A stretch of DNA of 64,000 nt, taken from positions 1,302 through 65,301 of the forward strand of contig JANNKU010000020.1 of assembly GCA_031396445.1 (NCBI GenBank), written 5' to 3'. Positions within the stretch are counted from its first letter, which is position 1, and each line of letters opens with the position of its first letter. Under the pieces are notes generated by a model. That model worked only from the letters and a program-made list of their open reading frames with translations, made no database searches and was not told the DNA's origin. Source of the stretch: Deltaproteobacteria bacterium (GTDB lineage: Bacteria; Myxococcota_A; UBA9160; PR03). This document shows positions 51,849 to 60,334 of the stretch, in pieces. The translations under genes were made by a program, and so were the position numbers.

Positions 51849-52919
51849 CTACTCCACGGGCGCCGGCAGAAACGCGAACGGTTCCGCAGGCGCGAAGTTC
51901 TTTGCTGCGTTGCCGGCGAGAATCTCGCCACCCGTCAGCGTCAGCTTCCTTGTGGGCTTGCCCGCCGCAAAGTCCATGTCCGCGAGATCGACCCAGAACA
52001 CATTCGGGCTGCGCGTCGATTCGAAGTAGTACCGCTTGTTCTTGTGATCCGAGACGGTGCGCCACAGCGTCGACGAGATGTTCGGCTGGCCCGGCGTGTT
52101 GATGCCCAGCGGCACCGACACATTGCGAATCACGCCGAAGGCAGACGCCAGTGCATCGCGCATCTCGGAGGTCTGCGGAATCGCCTTGATGTAGAACGAT
52201 GCGCGCACGAAGCGATCCGCGGCGCGGTTGGTTCCCGGCAACATCGTCGCGCCGCCGATTTGCTCCCAGTAATCGTTCAGCGCGAGTTGCTTGTCGTAGA
52301 CGGGGGAATTCGTCATCACCTGATACTGGCGACCGTGGTGGATCTGCAGCTTACCGCCGACGTACTCGAAGATGGCCGAGTCGCCGCTCGCATCGGAGAT
52401 CGCGAGGTGCATCGTGCCGGGCTTGCCGTCCGGCGTCTGCATCGGGACCACGTAGAACTTCTCGCTCTGCAGCGCTTCCACCGCCTCGTTCACGGTCGCG
52501 TAGTTGTCGAGCACGAACTGCACCCACGCCGCGATCGACAGCGGCTTGCGCGCGTCGTCCTTCGTGGGCTTCACGTACTCGGACTCGGTCAAATAGAGCA
52601 GGTTCGCAACGAGACCCTTCTCGTTCATGCCGTCGGCCGACGCAGCATCGAAGCCAGCCGCGACGACGGAGCCGTAGGTCGCGGTCCACTGGATCGACTT
52701 CGGTCCCGCGGCGCCGTCGCGTTTCAGTCCGCGCGGGAAAGCCCACAGGTTGGTGTGGATGTCGTTGACCCAATCCATGCTGCGCACGGTGATGTTGGTG
52801 TCGTCTGGGCCGAGATAGACGGCGCGCGTGCACGCGTCGGCTGAGTGCAGTGGCGTCGCTGCCAGGAAGAGCGAAGCAACTACGCTGCAAAGTGCCGCCG
52901 CGAATGCGGATCTCATCAT
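51849..52919 (-). CDS. Secreted linear amide C-N hydrolase (choloylglycine hydrolase / Ntn family)
   Basis: ORF 51849..53090 from ATG 52919. Signal peptide ending ...LHSADA followed by nucleophile Cys: CTRAVYLGPDDTNITVRSMDW. Confidence 0.8.
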   Translation of the reverse strand: MMRSAFAAALCSVVASLFLAATPLHSADACTRAVYLGPDDTNITVRSMDWVNDIHTNLWAFPRGLKRDGAAGPKSIQWTATYGSVVAAGFDAASADGMNEKGLVANLLYLTESEYVKPTKDDARKPLSIAAWVQFVLDNYATVNEAVEALQSEKFYVVPMQTPDGKPGTMHLAISDASGDSAIFEYVGGKLQIHHGRQYQVMTNSPVYDKQLALNDYWEQIGGATMLPGTNRAADRFVRASFYIKAIPQTSEMRDALASAFGVIRNVSVPLGINTPGQPNISSTLWRTVSDHKNKRYYFESTRSPNVFWVDLADMDFAAGKPTRKLTLTGGEILAGNAAKNFAPAEPFAFLPAPVE

Positions 52920-52954
52920 GACGTGTTCTCCCTCGAGATTGGAAGGCAGTCGAA

Positions 52955-53371
52955 CTACGAAAGCGCCGCGCGAATCGCGATGAACGCCACGGCCAGCGTA
53001 GACACCAGGTAGAGATAGAAGCGCAGCATCACGTGATTGAAGGTGCAGTGGACGACGCTGTGCAGCGCGCGAAACACGACGAAGATCCACGCGGCGTAAA
53101 CGTAGGTGGCATCCACCTGATTCGTTACGAAGAGATAGAGCCCGAGTACATAGAAGAGCACTGGGATCTCGAAGAGGTTCTTCAAGTTGTCGGACGGGTT
53201 CGACACCGCGGGCGGTGAGAGCCGCGCCAGCTCACCGGGCACCGCCATCTGCTCCTGCCCGAGTTTGTTGGCGAGGATGAACGGGATCCGCCGCGCGAAC
53301 ATGAACACCCACACGAAGAGCGTCAGGAAGATCGTCGCGAAGAAGGGACCGAAGATTGCGCTCTGGTTCAT
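52955..53371 (-). CDS. MAPEG-family membrane protein
   Basis: ORF 52955..53374 (ATG 53371). 4 TM helices, ...NPSDNLKNLFEIPVLFY...ALHSVVHCTFN.... GC visibly lower than its surroundings. Confidence 0.7.
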   Translation of the reverse strand: MNQSAIFGPFFATIFLTLFVWVFMFARRIPFILANKLGQEQMAVPGELARLSPPAVSNPSDNLKNLFEIPVLFYVLGLYLFVTNQVDATYVYAAWIFVVFRALHSVVHCTFNHVMLRFYLYLVSTLAVAFIAIRAALS

Positions 53372-53419
53372 CAAGGCCTCGTAACTGGGGTGAAGTTGGA
53401 TCCGAAACGGAGAAGAGAT

Positions 53420-53881
53420 TCAGCGGACGCGAGACTTCCACGCGCGAACGAGCGGCAGGATGTCGTCGACCTGCGCCTCGTAGTGCAGCGTGCCTGCAGG
53501 CAACCGAAACCAGCGCTGCGCGCTGCGCGTCCAGATGTGACCCACCGGTTGAAGCCACGACGTGTCGTCGAGCGTGCCCGGTTGCAGGTTCAACAGATTC
53601 GGGAAATCGACCGGCGCCGACCACAGCGTCGTGTTGCAGGCAGAGCATTGGTAGTTGTGCTTCTGCCGCCGGTCGTCCATGTGGAACGCGTGCAGCTCCG
53701 GATCGCCGCGCACGAGGGCGACCGATTCGCGATTCACGATCATCGAGAGCGCGAAGCTGGTGCCCGTGGATGTCTGACAATCCGTGCAATGACACGCATA
53801 GAGCGTCACCGGATCCGCGATCAGCTCGTAGCGGACGGCGCCACAGAGGCAGCCCCCCAGTTGCGGCGTGAACGCGGTCAT
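53420..53881 (-). CDS. GFA-family (glutathione-dependent formaldehyde-activating / CENP-V-like) protein
   Basis: ORF 153 aa: GGCLCGAVRYEL...YACHCTDCQTSTGTSFA...QCSACNTTLW. Confidence 0.85.
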   Translation of the reverse strand: MTAFTPQLGGCLCGAVRYELIADPVTLYACHCTDCQTSTGTSFALSMIVNRESVALVRGDPELHAFHMDDRRQKHNYQCSACNTTLWSAPVDFPNLLNLQPGTLDDTSWLQPVGHIWTRSAQRWFRLPAGTLHYEAQVDDILPLVRAWKSRVR

Positions 53882-55062
53882 CGTTCCACCGATGCAACCA
53901 AACGCTCGAAGAGTCGATTCACGGTGTGCGCGATCTCACGCGAGCCATAGTCGCCCGCCGTGATGACGACCGTCAAATCCAGCTCCGGCACGACGAAGAG
54001 CCGCTGGCCGCCATTCCCGAAGCCCGCGCTCCACGCGAGTTTCTTGCCGCGCCAATCCACGGTGCCCGTCCACCACTGGTAGCCGTAGTGCATTTCATCC
54101 GCCGCGGTCGGCGGACTCCTGAAGCCGGTCGTGATGTGCGGACGCAGCGACTCCGCGATCCATGCAGCGGGGACGATTTGCTGGCCGCGCCACTGTCCGT
54201 GATCGAGCGCCATGCGGCCGATCTTCAGCAGATCGCGCGGTCGCATACGCAGACCGGTGAATGCGAGCGCGCGGTCGTGCGGATCTTCGATCCACTCCCA
54301 GTCGGTGATACCGAGCGGTTCGAACAACGCGGTGCGGACGAGCTCCTGCAGCGACTTGCCGCTCGTGCGAATCAAGATGTCGGCCAGCACGGCGGTGCCG
54401 CCGGAGTTGTAGTGCCACGCGGCGCCCGGTTTCGCGATCAGCGGACGTGAGAGCACGTACTTGTAGGGCGTTCGATCCCAATAGAGGCGCGTCTCGTCGT
54501 TGGGCAACGCGTCCTCGTCCCACTCGAAGCCGCTGCTCATCGTCAGCAGCGCTTCTAGGTGCACGGCGTCGCGCTCCGGGGAACGCAATTGCGCGTACTC
54601 CGGATAGAAGTCGAGCGCAGGCGTCGCGAGGCTCGCAATCTTTCCCTGCTGCAGCGCGACGCCGACCAGCAAGCCGACGATGCTCTTGGAGATCGAGCGA
54701 ATGTCGTGCAGCGATGTCGGCCCGAACTCGACCTCCGCGGCGAACGGATGCCAGAGGCCATACATGAAATCGATCGAGAGATCGGGACCCTTGCGATAGA
54801 GCTCCGCGATCAAGTGACCGCGACGTTCGATGACGACGGCGTGGATGTTGGCGTCGCCCGTCGCCACATCGGCGAGCGTCGAGCAAAGCTTGGCGGCGTC
54901 GAAGCCCGCTTCGGCCGGCGCCGACACTTGCCAGCCGTCATCGAGAATCGCCGGCGCAGCGCACGGCGGCTGCGCTGCGGAAGCCGCCATCGCGCACGAC
55001 GCGATCAGCGCCATCAACGCGGCGGCGGTCGATGCGCGCAGGCGTTCGCCGATTCGCGACAT
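53878..55062 (-). CDS. Serine hydrolase, beta-lactamase/transpeptidase-like family (secreted)
   Basis: ORF 53878..55632 from ATG 55062. Signal peptide; SxxK motif IRSISKSIVGLLVG; ...AWHYNSGGT.... Confidence 0.85.
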   Translation of the reverse strand: MSRIGERLRASTAAALMALIASCAMAASAAQPPCAAPAILDDGWQVSAPAEAGFDAAKLCSTLADVATGDANIHAVVIERRGHLIAELYRKGPDLSIDFMYGLWHPFAAEVEFGPTSLHDIRSISKSIVGLLVGVALQQGKIASLATPALDFYPEYAQLRSPERDAVHLEALLTMSSGFEWDEDALPNDETRLYWDRTPYKYVLSRPLIAKPGAAWHYNSGGTAVLADILIRTSGKSLQELVRTALFEPLGITDWEWIEDPHDRALAFTGLRMRPRDLLKIGRMALDHGQWRGQQIVPAAWIAESLRPHITTGFRSPPTAADEMHYGYQWWTGTVDWRGKKLAWSAGFGNGGQRLFVVPELDLTVVITAGDYGSREIAHTVNRLFERLVASVER

Positions 55063-55129
55063 ATCGGCACTCTCGTACGAAACGCGGTCGGCCGCCACGC
55101 AGCGTGCGCCGCACTTCATCGCGAGCGCA

Positions 55130-55738
55130 TCAATGCGCCGGCGTCGCGCCCCAGATCGCTTCGAGGCGCGCATCGCGACCGCAACCGCCGCGGTAGTAGC
55201 CGTAGCGGATGGGATTCTTCCGGTAGTAGTCCTGGTGATATTCCTCGGCTGCGTAGAACGGAGCCGCGCTCCGAACTCCCGTCGCGATGCTCTTCCCGAA
55301 TCGTGCGGCGAGCTTTTGCTTCGATGCGTCGGCGGCTTGCTGCTCCGCCGCGTCGCCGACGAAGATCGCAGAGCGGTAGTGCTCGCCTTTGTCGCAGAAC
55401 TGGCCGCCCGCGTCGAAGGGATCGACGTTGTGCCAGAACACGTCCACGAGCTTCGCGTAGTCCACGCGCTTCGGGTCGTACACGACGCGAACCGCTTCGA
55501 CGTGCCCGGTCGTGCCCGCGGAAACCTGCTCGTAGCTGGGATCGACGATACTGCCGCCGGTGTAGCCCGACGTCGTCGAGACCACGCCGTCGAGCGCGTC
55601 GAACGGTCCTTCCATACACCAGAAGCAGCCACCCGCGAAGACGGCGGCGGCCTGGCCCGGCGCAGGTGCGGCTTCCGGCGTCGCCATCGCCACCGGCGCC
55701 ACGACGAAGAGCGCGAGCGCTACGAGAACGGCGATCAT
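55130..55738 (-). CDS. msrA: Peptide-methionine (S)-S-oxide reductase, exported
   Basis: ORF 55130..56626 from ATG 55738. Signal-like MIAVLVALALFVVAPVAMA, then FAGGCFWCMEG...GYTGG...EYHQDYY. Confidence 0.93.
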   Translation of the reverse strand: MIAVLVALALFVVAPVAMATPEAAPAPGQAAAVFAGGCFWCMEGPFDALDGVVSTTSGYTGGSIVDPSYEQVSAGTTGHVEAVRVVYDPKRVDYAKLVDVFWHNVDPFDAGGQFCDKGEHYRSAIFVGDAAEQQAADASKQKLAARFGKSIATGVRSAAPFYAAEEYHQDYYRKNPIRYGYYRGGCGRDARLEAIWGATPAH

Positions 55739-56259
55739 GACGCCGTCCGCAGCGCCGGCATCGGCTCGCCCTCGGGCACGAAGCGAAGCGCCACACCATT
55801 GTTGCAGTAGCGCAGACCCGTCGGTGCAGGCCCGTCGTCGAAGACATGGCCCTGGTGACCGCCGCAACGGCTGCAGTGGTACTCCGTGCGCGGGAAGACC
55901 AGGCCGAAGTCGCGCTTCGTTCCGACGCTTCCCGGGAGCGGGCGGAAGAAACTCGGCCAGCCCGTTCCACTGTCGAACTTCGCATCGGAGGAGAAGAGCG
56001 GGAGATTGCAGGCTGCACATGCAAAGACACCGCGACGCTTTTCGGCGTTCAGCGGGCTCGTGAACGGCCGCTCGGTGGACTCTTCGAAGAGCACCTCGTA
56101 CGCCTCGCTCGGCAACAGCTTCTTCCACGTCGCCTTCGGGAGATCGAGCCGATCGACGGGTGTGGATTCGGTAGGAGTCTCGCTCGCCGCGGCGAGCCCG
56201 CCGAGCCAGGGTGATAGCAGCGCGGTCGAAACGGCGTGCAGGAAGTTGCGTCTGGTCAT
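55735..56259 (-). CDS. msrB: Peptide-methionine (R)-S-oxide reductase with Tat-type signal
   Basis: ORF 55735..56292 from ATG 56259: MTRRNFLHAVSTALL... then ...GVFACAACNLPLF...GWPSFF...CSRCGGHQGHVFDDGP. Confidence 0.93.
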   Translation of the reverse strand: MTRRNFLHAVSTALLSPWLGGLAAASETPTESTPVDRLDLPKATWKKLLPSEAYEVLFEESTERPFTSPLNAEKRRGVFACAACNLPLFSSDAKFDSGTGWPSFFRPLPGSVGTKRDFGLVFPRTEYHCSRCGGHQGHVFDDGPAPTGLRYCNNGVALRFVPEGEPMPALRTAS

Positions 56260-56298
56260 GGTGCTTGGATGCTCCAAAGTCGCGCGCGTCACGGCTGT

Positions 56299-56925
56299 CT
56301 ACGCCTCCGCCTGTTCCAACGCGAGGATTCGCGCGACGACCGGGCGCTGCGACATCCGCAGCCGATGGTCGGCAACTCGCGGGAAGCGCGCAGGATCGAC
56401 GCCATCCGCCTCGAGCCACTGCGCCAGTGTGAAGAGGTAGCTGTCGGCCACCGAATGACGCTCGCCCATCACCCAGGGCCCTTGCAGAAACTCGTCTTCG
56501 ATCCGCTCGAAACACGCGCCGACCGATTGCGGAACCTTCGCCTGCATCGCTGCGATCGCCGCCGGATCGTCCGCCCAGCGATGGCCCCGCATGCGGTGCG
56601 CGTGCGCGACATGCACCGTCGCGCAAAGGTTGGAGTTGAACGCGTTCATCTGCGCCAGCGTAAACGCATCGTCGAGTGGCGCCAGCCCGGCATTCGGAAA
56701 GCTCTGGCAGATGAAGAGCAAGATCGCCGGCGTTTCCGTCAGGATCCCGCGACTCGTCACGAGCGCAGGCACACGACCTTTGGGATTGACGCGCAAGTAG
56801 TCGGCCGAGCGTTGCTCGCTGCGCGAGAAGTCCACACGCACGGTTGTGTACTCAGCTCCCGCCTCTTCGAGCGCGATGTGAGACGCGAGCGCGCAGGTCA
56901 TCGGTGCGTAGTAGAGCGTGAGCAT
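56299..56925 (-). CDS. Glutathione S-transferase
   Basis: ORF 208 aa: MLTLYYAPMTCALASHIALEEAG...LRVNPKGRVPALV...LTETPAILLFI. Confidence 0.85.
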   Translation of the reverse strand: MLTLYYAPMTCALASHIALEEAGAEYTTVRVDFSRSEQRSADYLRVNPKGRVPALVTSRGILTETPAILLFICQSFPNAGLAPLDDAFTLAQMNAFNSNLCATVHVAHAHRMRGHRWADDPAAIAAMQAKVPQSVGACFERIEDEFLQGPWVMGERHSVADSYLFTLAQWLEADGVDPARFPRVADHRLRMSQRPVVARILALEQAEA

Positions 56926-56932
56926 TCGATCC

Positions 56933-57349
56933 TCAGCGTTGCGGAAGCTTGCTCATGTCCATGAACAGCGCGTTCCAGCGATGACCGTCGAGGTCGGCAA
57001 AGGCGCAGCCGTACATCCACTCGCCTTGCGCGGCCGGCTTGGAGAAGACGGTTCCGCCTGCGGCGGCGGCCCGGCTCGCCATCTCATCGACCGCTTCCTT
57101 GCTCGCGGCGCCGAGCGAGAACAAGACTTCGGTTCCGCGCGTCGTATCTGCGAGCGCGTGCTGCGTGAATCCCTCGAATTGCGAATTCGAGAAGAGCATC
57201 ACGACGATGCCCTTGGTGCCGACGAGGAAGCTCGCTGAATCGGCGCTGTTCCCGTAGTGCGGATTGAGCGTGAATCCGATCGCAGTGAAGAACGCTTTGG
57301 CGTTCGCGACATCCTTCACCGGCAAGTTGATCCAGAGATCCTCGGCCAT
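56933..57349 (-). CDS. VOC-family (glyoxalase/bleomycin-resistance fold) protein
   Basis: Last 138 aa of ORF 56933..57682 from ATG 57349: MAEDLWINLPVKDVANAKAFFTAIGF...YGCAFADLDGHRWNALF. Confidence 0.8.
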   Translation of the reverse strand: MAEDLWINLPVKDVANAKAFFTAIGFTLNPHYGNSADSASFLVGTKGIVVMLFSNSQFEGFTQHALADTTRGTEVLFSLGAASKEAVDEMASRAAAAGGTVFSKPAAQGEWMYGCAFADLDGHRWNALFMDMSKLPQR

Positions 57350-57378
57350 GGCGGAGCGCCTCCTCGGTTGCGGAAACC

Positions 57379-57843
57379 CTATTGCACTCCGAACCAACGC
57401 GACACCTGTGCCTTGTAGCGCACCCACTTCTCGCCATGCGTCCGCGCGAGCCACGGTTCCTCGTAGAGAACAACGCGCAGATGAAAAGCGATCAGGACCA
57501 CGACGGCGTACACGGCGAGCGGCCATGATCGAAAGCTGAGCGCCCATCCGCACAGAACCAACGAAACCGCGACATACATCGGATTGCGTGAGAAGCGGTA
57601 GGCGCCGGTGACGACGAGTTCCTGTGGCGGCGCCCACGGTGCGAGCGTGCCGCGGCCCGCGACGTAGAACTCGCGCACGCACGAGAGCAAGAGAGCGATG
57701 CCGAGTGCGAGCGGGATGAGGCCGCGTGCGATGGCGAAGGAGCGCGGGCCGCCGGGTGCGAGCAGCAGTAGAGGAACGAGGAACGCAACGATTCCGGGGA
57801 GGACGAGGAAGGCGAGGATTGCGCGCGGGAGGAGTGCGCTCAT
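57379..57843 (-). CDS. Isoprenylcysteine carboxyl / phospholipid methyltransferase-family membrane protein
   Basis: ORF 154 aa, multi-TM: ...LVVTGAYRFSRNPMYVAVSLVL...EEPWLARTHGEKWVRYKAQVSRW. Confidence 0.7.
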   Translation of the reverse strand: MSALLPRAILAFLVLPGIVAFLVPLLLLAPGGPRSFAIARGLIPLALGIALLLSCVREFYVAGRGTLAPWAPPQELVVTGAYRFSRNPMYVAVSLVLCGWALSFRSWPLAVYAVVVLIAFHLRVVLYEEPWLARTHGEKWVRYKAQVSRWFGVQ

Positions 57844-57950
57844 GAGAGATACCTATCGGCGAAGGCGTCGCCGGTCCACGTCATCCACCCATTGCTGCAG
57901 CTTTCGGAGCGACTCTTCCAGAAAGCTTCACGCTCCCTGAACGCCCGCTG

Positions 57951-57973
57951 ATATGTACATCTGTGCATATACT
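57951..57973 (+). promoter_or_regulatory. Imperfect 20-bp palindrome overlapping a TATACT -10-like hexamer upstream of brnTA (candidate autoregulatory operator and promoter)
   Basis: ATATGTACATCTGTGCATAT (57951-57970; 16/20 self-complementary). TATACT at 57968-57973 lies 6 nt before GTG 57980. Confidence 0.3.
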
Positions 57974-57979
57974 GCCTCC

Positions 57980-58245
57980 GTGCTGGAATGGGACCGGGAC
58001 AAGGCCGAGGAGAACCGACGAAGCACGGGATCGACTTTGCCGACGCAGCAACGGCATTGTCCGACGAGTATGCGCTCACGCGTCCAGACGACGACCCGAG
58101 CGAGGAACGCTTTCTGACTGTTGGGACGGACGCACTCGGACGAATCCTACTGGTCGTCTACAGCTGGCGCGGCAACTCGGTTCGATTGATCTCCGCGCGG
58201 AAGGCGAGCACTTCCGAGCGCAGGCACTACGAGAGGCACCGATGA
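57980..58245 (+). pseudogene. brnT: BrnT-family (DUF497) toxin gene interrupted by a 1-nt frameshift
   Basis: Frame A from GTG 57980 encodes VLEWDRDKAEENRR. Frame B (ORF 57988..58245) continues KHGIDFADA...ILLVVYSWRG..VRLISARKAS..ERR.Y. Together they form the DUF497 signature; the join at 58020/58021 needs one extra base (GAAG vs GAAAG). Confidence 0.75.
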
Positions 58246-58529
58246 AACGAAACTACGATTTCAGCAAAGCGAAGCGCGGCCCCGTGCTCGCGACACCGCC
58301 CGGCAAGACACGCATCACGATCCGAATCGACGATGACGTGCTCGACTGGTTCCGGAATCAGATGCACGAGGCGGGCGGAGGGAGCTATCAGACGGCGCTG
58401 AACCGCGCACTCCGCGAGTACATGGAAGGACAGGTGGAGCCGTTCGAGAACACGTTGCGCCGCGTCCTCAGCGAAGTGCTTCCTGGCTCGAAGGTTCGCA
58501 AGCGAAGTTCTGCTCGCAAGGCGGGCTGA
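58242..58529 (+). CDS. brnA: BrnA antitoxin
   Basis: Last 95 aa of ORF 57963..58529 from ATG 58242 (ATGA overlap): MKRNYDFSKAKRGPV...RITIRIDDDVLDWFRNQ...GGGSYQTALNRALREYM. Confidence 0.8.
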   Translation: MKRNYDFSKAKRGPVLATPPGKTRITIRIDDDVLDWFRNQMHEAGGGSYQTALNRALREYMEGQVEPFENTLRRVLSEVLPGSKVRKRSSARKAG

Positions 58530-58717
58530 GCGGCGCCTGGGCGAGTGTCCGGAACTCGTTCGCTGTCTCGTCGGATGCGCTGCGCAGGCCAGTTCCAGGT
58601 CTGAGTGGTGAGTCAGTCAGAAGCGTGTGCGTGAGAGCGGCGGTGCGATGCGCGTCGTTCCGAGCCTGACCAGCAGCCTTTGCCCTAGGAATTCGGCAGG
58701 CGTAGACTGCGGCTTCT

Positions 58718-58942
58718 ATGGATTGGCAAGAGCGCATCACGGTCACGCCCGGCGTCCGCAGTGGAAAGCCGTGCATCAAGAACACACGCATCACCGTGTA
58801 CGACGTTCTCGAGTATCTGGCCGGCGGAATGAGCGAGGACGAGATCCTGGCGGACTTCCCGGACCTGACGCGGGACGACATCCGCGCTTGCCTCTCCTTC
58901 GCAGCCGCACGCGAGCGCCGCCTCTCTAGCCCTGCCGCGTGA
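58718..58942 (+). CDS. DUF433 protein (antitoxin-like partner of DUF5615)
   Basis: ORF 74 aa: ITVTPGVRSGKPCIKNTRITVYDVLEYLAGGMSEDEILADFPDLTRDDIRACLSFA. Confidence 0.8.
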   Translation: MDWQERITVTPGVRSGKPCIKNTRITVYDVLEYLAGGMSEDEILADFPDLTRDDIRACLSFAAARERRLSSPAA

Positions 58943-59286
58943 AGCTTCTCTTCGACGAGAACCTGAGCCAAAGACTCTGCAGACTGCTCGCTGGCGTCTA
59001 CCCGGACAGCGCGCACGTCCGCGATCTCGGACTACGCGGCGCAGAGGACGAGCGCATCTGTAGCCACGCACGAGACCACGGCTTCAGTGTGATTTCGAAG
59101 GACAACGACTTCCGCCAACGAAGCTTCCTCAGAGGAGCTCCGCCGAAAGTCGTGTGGCTCTCCGTCGGCAACGCTGGAACGGCGCGGATCGCAGACCTGC
59201 TTCGCCGCGAGCATGGGCGCCTGCTCGCATTCGAGAGCGAGGCTGAGACTGCTCTGCTGGAGCTGCCGCTCTTCGGTGTCCTCTAG
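58939..59286 (+). CDS. DUF5615 (PIN-like / Mut7-C-like) putative toxin
   Basis: ORF 115 aa: MKLLFDENLSQRL...VRDLGLRGAEDERICSHARDHGFSVISKDNDF. 4-nt overlap with the DUF433 gene. Confidence 0.75.
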   Translation: MKLLFDENLSQRLCRLLAGVYPDSAHVRDLGLRGAEDERICSHARDHGFSVISKDNDFRQRSFLRGAPPKVVWLSVGNAGTARIADLLRREHGRLLAFESEAETALLELPLFGVL

Positions 59287-59333
59287 ACGACCGGTCCTCA
59301 GCTGCGCCGCCAGACGGGAACCCGCGACAACTC

Positions 59334-59834
59334 CTACGCAGCGACGCGTCGCCTCCTCACCTTCAGATCCACCGCGCAACCGAGGACGTGCAGCAGCGAG
59401 ATCAGCTGATTGATCGACTTCGAGGAGTTGGTTGGATCGAGCAAGCGGTAGAGCTGAGGCACGGACGTCCCGAGCCGTCGCGCGATCTCTCTGCGACTGA
59501 GCCCCGCCGTAGTGATGCGCTTGCCCGCCTCGACGGTCATGCGATGCATCAGCAGCCCGCTCAGATAGCGGGGAGCCCCGCTGTACTCGAGCGCATGATC
59601 GATGTGGACGGAGCCTTCTGCTCCGAACGCGAGCACATACGTGACACCCTCGCGCCCGAGCTCGGGATCGACGAATGCTTCGCGGATGCGGTTCCGCTGC
59701 GTTGGGCGGGGCGTGAGCTTCGAAAAGGGGAACGGGAGCATCTCGCCGGCGGCGGTCGAGAGTTCGAGTTGAGACTTGCGGTTGTTGATGGCGACGCGTC
59801 GGACCACATGTGCTGTGTCGTGGGACAGGCACAC
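59334..59834 (-). CDS. Hypothetical protein with C-terminal XRE-type HTH
   Basis: ORF 166 aa (GTG; alternative GTG at 59807). C-terminal GLSRREIARRLGTSVPQLYRLLDPTN. N-terminal half unassigned. Confidence 0.55.
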   Translation of the reverse strand: MCLSHDTAHVVRRVAINNRKSQLELSTAAGEMLPFPFSKLTPRPTQRNRIREAFVDPELGREGVTYVLAFGAEGSVHIDHALEYSGAPRYLSGLLMHRMTVEAGKRITTAGLSRREIARRLGTSVPQLYRLLDPTNSSKSINQLISLLHVLGCAVDLKVRRRRVAA

Positions 59835-59858
59835 GACATTGGCTCGCGGTGCAGTCGT

Positions 59859-60233
59859 TCAATCAACGAACCACTCGCCGAAATGCCACGGATCCTCGCC
59901 GAGGAAAAGGAAGCCAGCGAGGTAGGTGAACGCGAACACCGCCACTGAAGCGATGCGTATCGCCCTCGATGTCCCGAGCTCGCGCGCTGCAAAGAAACAG
60001 ACCGCGCACAGGGCAGGAGCGACGGCTGCCACCAAGATAAAGCCGAGCCAGGTCACCGCGTGATGAACAGAGAATCCGAGGTCAGCGGGATCCGGGTGGT
60101 ACGGATACGGCCAGTATCCACTTGCAAGCCGTGCTCGAATGACGAACGCATGAAAGACCAACACTTGAACGAGAATGGCCGCCGTCGCGCCTTGTGCGAC
60201 CACGGCTCCGACGGCCGCGTCAGATGCCTTCAT
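59859..60233 (-). CDS. Hypothetical integral membrane protein
   Basis: ORF 124 aa with about 4 hydrophobic helices; GC clearly below the window average. No motif recognised. Confidence 0.4.
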   Translation of the reverse strand: MKASDAAVGAVVAQGATAAILVQVLVFHAFVIRARLASGYWPYPYHPDPADLGFSVHHAVTWLGFILVAAVAPALCAVCFFAARELGTSRAIRIASVAVFAFTYLAGFLFLGEDPWHFGEWFVD

Positions 60234-60334
60234 TTGCGGTCAAACATCCTACGCGCCCGCAGCCTGCCATCGAGTTCGGGTGTTCCAACAAACCCCACGC
60301 GACTCTCCACGCAGTAGGTATCCATCGCCCCCAA

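Noticed and set aside
57844-60334. Calling the TA islet a mobile element or prophage remnant
   Set aside because: No integrase, transposase, tRNA target or flanking direct or inverted repeats were found by eye. Only the compositional shift and the TA content support horizontal origin.
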